Assembly (NCBI GenBank): GCA_963828465.1
Contig: CAWHEU010000022.1
Coordinates: 416,001-480,000 of the forward strand
From: an uncultured Acidobacteriota bacterium
Lineage (GTDB): Bacteria > Actinomycetota > Acidimicrobiia > Spongiisociales > ZC4RG35
Direction: 5' to 3'
Length of the DNA: 64,000 nt
The translations under genes and the position numbers were made by a program. Below the pieces are notes generated by a model. The model ran no database searches. It saw nothing but the letters and a program-made list of their open reading frames with translations, and was not told where the DNA came from. This document shows positions 59,250 through 64,000 of this stretch, in pieces (the first letter of the stretch is position 1; each line of letters starts with the position of its first letter).

Positions 59250-59893
59250 CTGAATACGTGGTCTGGTTCAGCATGAAGCCCCGACAGGGTCGTCGGCCAA
59301 ACCCGTCGGGGCTTCATGTGGGGGAAGATCGATCCGAGCCCCTGGGATACGAGCTCTATCTCCCAGCCCAGTGTCGCCCCCGGAGCCGGTGGCGCTTTTC
59401 GGTTAAGTAATCGCTGAATGGGAGCCGAGGGATACGCGCGTCGGGCAGCAAATCGGTGAACGATCTCGGTCTGAACCTGTCACAGCCACCGCCTAGCTTC
59501 CGGTGTCCTGTGTTCCCGGTCACCCAGAAATGTGTACCTGCTCGAAGCGTGCGGCTCCTGGCCGCTCAGCCCCGAAGTCCTCACCCAAAATTCAGGCGAT
59601 GCCGGAATGGGAGCAGGCATGCCGGCCCGATACCCAAAGGGGATCGTTCACTGCTGACCTCAAATTCTGTTTAGCCGTCAACGCAGCCGGGTAAGCGTAT
59701 ATCAAGGAAAGGCCAACGGACCTTCGGGTTTGTTGGTCTTTCCCCTTTCTCGGGCCCGAAATGCCCGATTCCCACCTGACGCTTTCGGGAAAGTGACAGT
59801 GGGTTGATGGGAGCCCGTGGCCGCCCCTCTCCTTCCGGCGGCTTCCCAATTCCCAGTAGGAAACCTCCCGGCCTCACCCACCGGGAGGTTTCC

Positions 59894-60211
59894 ATGCAAC
59901 GTCCTCCTCTGTATGAGGTGGCTAGTGCTCACACCTCCCGAGGCAGCACCAACCGAATGGCGGAGGATCAGGAACGCCGTCCTCATCCGAAAACAGATCA
60001 CCTGCCAGACCTGCGGACATCCGGCAACCGGCGTCGACCACATCGCCCCCGGTCCCGAGGCGGTGGTGACAACTGGAGGAACCTGGCCGCCTCATGCAAG
60101 CGTCGGCATGCGAGAAAGGTGCCCACGACCCGAACCTGCGATTACGCCGTCCTGCGTTGGGGGCTGAATCTCGACGAGCCCGGCCCGCTCCGAAGATCAG
60201 TCCTCCGCTGA
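59894..60211 (+). pseudogene. Small HNH endonuclease with two compensating frameshifts
   Basis: Frames join to RGST.EWRRIRNAVL..TCQTCGHPATGVDHIAP/RSRGGGDNWRNLAASCKRRHARK. Confidence 0.7.
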
Positions 60212-60968
60212 CAAAAGGAAGGGGCCGCAACCCCTCTCAGGACGGCCCCCTCACCCCACTCGCGAGCGAGCGACACGGACGGTACGACGGGTGAAATCAT
60301 TACCTGGACTCGACGACCGAGATCGCGAAAAATACTGAACGCAAAAGACGGCTCGATTTCCGCCCCGCCGCCCCCCGCTTGGAGCGAGGGTCTCCTTCCA
60401 TAAGGCAACTCTAAGGGCCCGGTGGTACATGTCCGATTACAGCGCGGTCCCGTTGGATGCCGTAGCAATGTGGGGGAGGGCTTACTGCCGAAATCCAATC
60501 CTGAGGGTTGGAGCGCGCAGTGAGATGGATCAGCTATATGGGAGTCGCCGTCGTCGCCTGGCGCGGTGGGATGGTCTGGCGGGGGCGGGAAGCCGAGGGC
60601 CGGGTGCGTACCTGGAAGGGCAGGTGGAGCGAGGACGACTACCAGCCCACCAACCTCCCCACCAAATCCTCGGTACACATCGAGGCTGAGGGTATGAGCC
60701 GGAACATCCCCCGCTAGGCCACAAAAGAGCCGCTTGGGGGATTTGCCGACCGGGTGGCTCGGCTGGGGACGTGCCTGGCAGATGCCGTGTCCGCGGCGCC
60801 TCTGCCGTTGCGCTCGTTCCTGAGGTCGATTCGAGGGATGACCCGCGGATACAGGCGGCCGGTCTGCTGGCTGGGATCACCCGTCGGCCGACGCGTTGCT
60901 GGATGAGCTGCGTGCGGCGTATCTTCAGACGCCCGGAACGGCTGTTGCTCTGGTTGACGATGAGAGCC

Positions 60969-61012
60969 CAGCGGCCTCATAATCCGATGGTCAGGTTCAA
61001 GTCTTGCCGGGC
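60969..61012 (+). repeat. Degenerate copy of the tRNA-Ile(CAT) 3' part (attR-like)
   Basis: CAGCGGCCTCATAATCCGATGGT--CAGGTTCAAGTCTTGCCGGGC vs tRNA CAGCGGACTCATAATCCGTTGGTTGCAGGTTCAAGTCCTGCCGGGC. Confidence 0.85.
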
Positions 61013-61020
61013 GCTCGCCG

Positions 61021-61551
61021 ATGTCGATTCGTCTCTTCTACGACCACTGGTCTCAGTACAACCAACGACTCATCGACGTCGTAGTCGAAATGTCTCCCGA
61101 GCAGCTTGCTCTGCGTCCCGACACAACGCGTGCCCCCGTGTGGGCGATCGTTGCTCACATTGCGGGAGCACGGGTCTACTGGTTGTGCGGTGTCCTCGGC
61201 GAGCCAGGAGCGGAAACGTCGCCATTTCCCGATCCACACGGCGATGGCTGGGAGGATGACGAGGACAAACCGCGAGATGCGCCCGAGTTGGTCACCGCGC
61301 TCGAGGCGACCTGGCAAATCGTGGACGATTGTCTCGAACGATGGACCCCGGAGATGCTGAGCGAGACATTCGAACGTATGAGGCTCGGTGCGCCGCAAAC
61401 GCATTCACGAACCTCAGTCCTTCAGCGACTTTTCAGTCACGATGCGTATCACTGCGGCGAGTTGTCACAGACGCTTGGGGTGGCCGGCCTGCGTCAGATC
61501 GACCTCTGGGGCCCGGAAGGGCTCGTCCGGGAACCTGGTCAATACGGTTAG
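61021..61551 (+). CDS. DinB/YfiT-family protein
   Basis: W..YN.RL, AHIAGAR.YW, H.AYH.GE His triad. Confidence 0.85.
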   Translation: MSIRLFYDHWSQYNQRLIDVVVEMSPEQLALRPDTTRAPVWAIVAHIAGARVYWLCGVLGEPGAETSPFPDPHGDGWEDDEDKPRDAPELVTALEATWQIVDDCLERWTPEMLSETFERMRLGAPQTHSRTSVLQRLFSHDAYHCGELSQTLGVAGLRQIDLWGPEGLVREPGQYG

Positions 61552-61678
61552 CCATCGGCTGGCAGCAAACGCCGGTTGTGACTCCACATTGAGCCAGGAT
61601 CCGGCAATCATGTCTGCAACACGTGAGGGAAAGTAGGGGGCAGCCCCTTCATGCCCGACCAAACGGGAGAAACCAGAA

Positions 61679-62260
61679 TTGGCCATCGACACCAAGAGCA
61701 CGCCGACGGAGCGATCACGGGCTCCGCGATTTCTGGTGTGGTTGCTTGCGCTGGCGGTCGTGGGGGTGGCCGGCGTCTTGTTGACGCTTGTCTGGTTCGT
61801 CGGCCCATCGACCCATGCGATGGAAACCGTCCCGCCCGCTGATGCAGTGGTGCTGTTCGCCGGAGCTACCGACCGTCTCGACACAGCCGTGCAGCTCATG
61901 GAGAACGGAGCTGCTCCGAGCCTGGTCATCCCCAACGGGACGGACATCGAGGACGCCGAGGATCTCTGCGAGGGAGAGGCCTCCTTCGAGGTCGTCTGCC
62001 CCACCACCGACGAAGTGACGACAGCCGGCGAGGCTCGCGCAATAGGCCAGATCGCCGGTGAGAGGGGTTGGTCGAGCCTGATCGCGGTCACATCGGTCTA
62101 TCACGTCCATCGGGCCACCTACTTGTTGGGCCGCTGCTACGACGGCCCGGTCGATGTGGTGACACCGTCGCAAGGTCTGGGTTTGGGGGACTTGGTCGAC
62201 AAGATCCCCCATGAATGGGTCGGATTCCTGGGCGCCGTAGTGCTCCAGCCCGCCTGCTGA
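61679..62260 (+). CDS. YdcF/DUF218-family protein
   Basis: N-terminal TM, ADAVVLFAG..DR, TT.GEA, VTS.YH..RA, HEW. Confidence 0.82.
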   Translation: MAIDTKSTPTERSRAPRFLVWLLALAVVGVAGVLLTLVWFVGPSTHAMETVPPADAVVLFAGATDRLDTAVQLMENGAAPSLVIPNGTDIEDAEDLCEGEASFEVVCPTTDEVTTAGEARAIGQIAGERGWSSLIAVTSVYHVHRATYLLGRCYDGPVDVVTPSQGLGLGDLVDKIPHEWVGFLGAVVLQPAC

Positions 62261-62291
62261 ACCGCTGCCTTCATGGCACACTGACTCTCCA

Positions 62292-62573
62292 ATGACGACA
62301 ACGACCAGCACATGGCCGGCGGGCCGCGTTCTCGCCCTGATCGGCCTCATCCTCTACGTCGTCACCGGTGTGTTCCCCTATCTGGCCTCCGGTCTGGTGG
62401 CGCCGTTGTGGGGCATCGCCGTCCTATATGCGGGCTGGTTGGTGGGATTGTGGGTGACGATCCAGCTCTTCCGCCGCGCTTCGCCATGGGCCCTCGCGAT
62501 GCAGGTCGCCGCTGTCGCCTTCTGGTGGCTCGTCGTGTCGCTAGGGGAGTCGGTCTTCGGCTGGACTGCCTAG
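62292..62573 (+). CDS. Small three-TM membrane protein
   Basis: Hydrophobic; ASGLVAP.W motif; ends GWTA. Confidence 0.7.
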   Translation: MTTTTSTWPAGRVLALIGLILYVVTGVFPYLASGLVAPLWGIAVLYAGWLVGLWVTIQLFRRASPWALAMQVAAVAFWWLVVSLGESVFGWTA

Positions 62574-63563
62574 TCAGGGTGTCGAGACTCGGCGGCCGGT
62601 CTCGAATGATTCGATCGACGCATGGGCCAGCTCCAGCGCACGATGCCCGGTACGGGCGTGTATCGGTGGCTCAGCTCCACCCGTGAAGGCCGGGATCAAC
62701 TCGTCGAGATGTCGATCGAACATGTCATGGAAGTCGCGGTCCCGATCGTTGAAGTAACCGGCCTCCCATACGGTGGAGTTCTCGTCTCCGGCCCTGCTCG
62801 AGACGAATCGTCGGACGGTGTCTTCCACGAGCACCCGGCCATTCGTGCCATTCACCTCTAGATAATGGGTGTTGGGGTATGCGTAGGAGGAGTCATAGCT
62901 CCCGACCAGACTCCCTACCGCCCCGCTGGCGAAGCTCAAGGCGATAGCCATCGTCGAGTTCCCGTGACCGGTGAGGTTGTCGACCATCTGAGCCATCACG
63001 CTGTCGATCGGGCCGCACAGATGCTCGAGCATGTCGAATCCGTGGCACTGGGTCTCGATGAGATTGGCTTGAGGATGCTCGCTCGTCCCGGGTTCCCCAC
63101 CAAACCTCCAGGTTGCAAACACGATCTCGCCCAGCTCCCCGTTCTCGATCGCGGCCCGGGCGCGGATGACCGGGACCGCGTAACGGTGGTTGAAGTTGAT
63201 CGCAAAGAACAGCGAACGCTTCTCGGCTTCCGCTAATAGACGTTGGGACTCCTCGACGTCGAACACGAACGGCTTCTCGACGAGCAGTGGAAAGCCGGCC
63301 TCGATGGTTTGCAAAGTCGTCTCGAAATGATGCTCATTGGGTAGGCAGAGAGAGACGAGATCCGGGTTCTCCTGTTCGAGCATCTCATGAAGGTCGAGAT
63401 ATGGCGTGGTGCCGAACTCGGCGGCTCGGCTCTCGGTCTTCTCTTTGGTTCGACCCACCACTGCCACGAGTTCGCAGTCAGTGCGCCTACTAAACAGCCG
63501 GGCGTGCTCGCGGCCCCACCATTCGCCGGTCCCGACTACGCCGACACGCACTTTCTCAGTCAT
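62574..63563 (-). CDS. Gfo/Idh/MocA oxidoreductase
   Basis: VGVVGTG.WG..H, EKP, NFNHRY, G.LG.I. Confidence 0.92.
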   Translation of the reverse strand: MTEKVRVGVVGTGEWWGREHARLFSRRTDCELVAVVGRTKEKTESRAAEFGTTPYLDLHEMLEQENPDLVSLCLPNEHHFETTLQTIEAGFPLLVEKPFVFDVEESQRLLAEAEKRSLFFAINFNHRYAVPVIRARAAIENGELGEIVFATWRFGGEPGTSEHPQANLIETQCHGFDMLEHLCGPIDSVMAQMVDNLTGHGNSTMAIALSFASGAVGSLVGSYDSSYAYPNTHYLEVNGTNGRVLVEDTVRRFVSSRAGDENSTVWEAGYFNDRDRDFHDMFDRHLDELIPAFTGGAEPPIHARTGHRALELAHASIESFETGRRVSTP

Positions 63564-64000
63564 GGGTCGAATCTTCGTCGCTTTGCGCTGGCCACGACGC
63601 TCGCAGATGCGCCGCGGCTCGCTCCGGGACGACGTCGTTGATGAAGGCCCCGGCTGCGGATTCGCTGGAAGCCAGGTATTTCAGCTTCCCCGGCGCTCTC
63701 CTCGGCGAGACCACCTCGATACGAAGATGAGCGAGGTCGCGCATCTCATGTACGGGAGCCTGAAACACCGTCGAGAGATAGGGGATCTGCTCTCCGAATA
63801 GCCCGTCGAACGCCGCGGTGACATCGGCCTGGAGACGAAGGAGCTCGCCGCGCTCCTCCCGACTGAGGTCGGCGAGATCAGCGAGATGTTTTCTTGATTG
63901 AATGTGGATCTCATACGGCCAACGGGCGGCGGAGGGCACGTATGCAACGAAGTTCGCCGTCTCGCCGACGATGCGCCGCCCATCCTCCAACTCGGCGTCG
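63556..64000 (-). CDS. galT: Galactose-1-phosphate uridylyltransferase, C-terminal part (5' beyond window)
   Basis: VP.AARWPYE.H, QAP, RAPGKLKYLASSE...GAFINDV.PE.AA..LR. Confidence 0.88.
   Translation of the reverse strand, partial: DAELEDGRRIVGETANFVAYVPSAARWPYEIHIQSRKHLADLADLSREERGELLRLQADVTAAFDGLFGEQIPYLSTVFQAPVHEMRDLAHLRIEVVSPRRAPGKLKYLASSESAAGAFINDVVPERAAAHLRASWPAQSDEDSTHD

Larger units (their letters stand above)
59057..61012. mobile_element. Decayed integrative element at tRNA-Ile(CAT)
   Basis: Degenerate tRNA 3' copy at 60969-61012; integrase-like tail next to the tRNA; HNH remnant. Confidence 0.65.

Noticed and set aside
59272-60211. IscB/HEARO RNA-guided system
   Set aside because: The HNH is about 100 aa with no RuvC or PLMP motifs and is frameshifted; the hairpins do not obviously form one RNA.

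Overview
GC-rich actinobacterial chromosome segment. Gene content and order suggest Acidimicrobiia, which is an inference. It opens with uppS-glyQS-dnaG-rpoD and tRNA-Asn(GTT). An accessory region follows, in which the 3' 46 bp of tRNA-Asn recur exactly twice (7330-7375, 13935-13980). Each recurrence is preceded by the same 133-bp arm carrying TGTAGCC pairs and pentamer repeats. These att-like sites delimit two integrase-less units (2,076 and 6,605 bp) holding three ECF sigma factor + membrane anti-sigma-like gene pairs with different ectodomains; this is the strongest candidate for an undescribed system. Next come two duplicated promoter+UUCG-hairpin units, an M23 peptidase, a CM-PDT-ACT-DAHPS fusion with a Phe-rich leader peptide, and ilvBN-leuABCD with separate Ilv and Leu leader peptides. 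The middle holds an amino-sugar/glycoside locus (ROK, nagA, SIS, GH3, GH1, ABC), ilvC/ilvD, aat, USP, a Zn-finger/receiver-TrxB/cNMP-kinase triad and form II cox-like genes. Near the end, tRNA-Ile(CAT) carries a ~2-kb decayed integrative element (integrase tail, frameshifted HNH, many hairpins), followed by dinB-like, DUF218, Gfo/Idh/MocA and a partial galT. All calls are by eye from motifs; no database searches were run.
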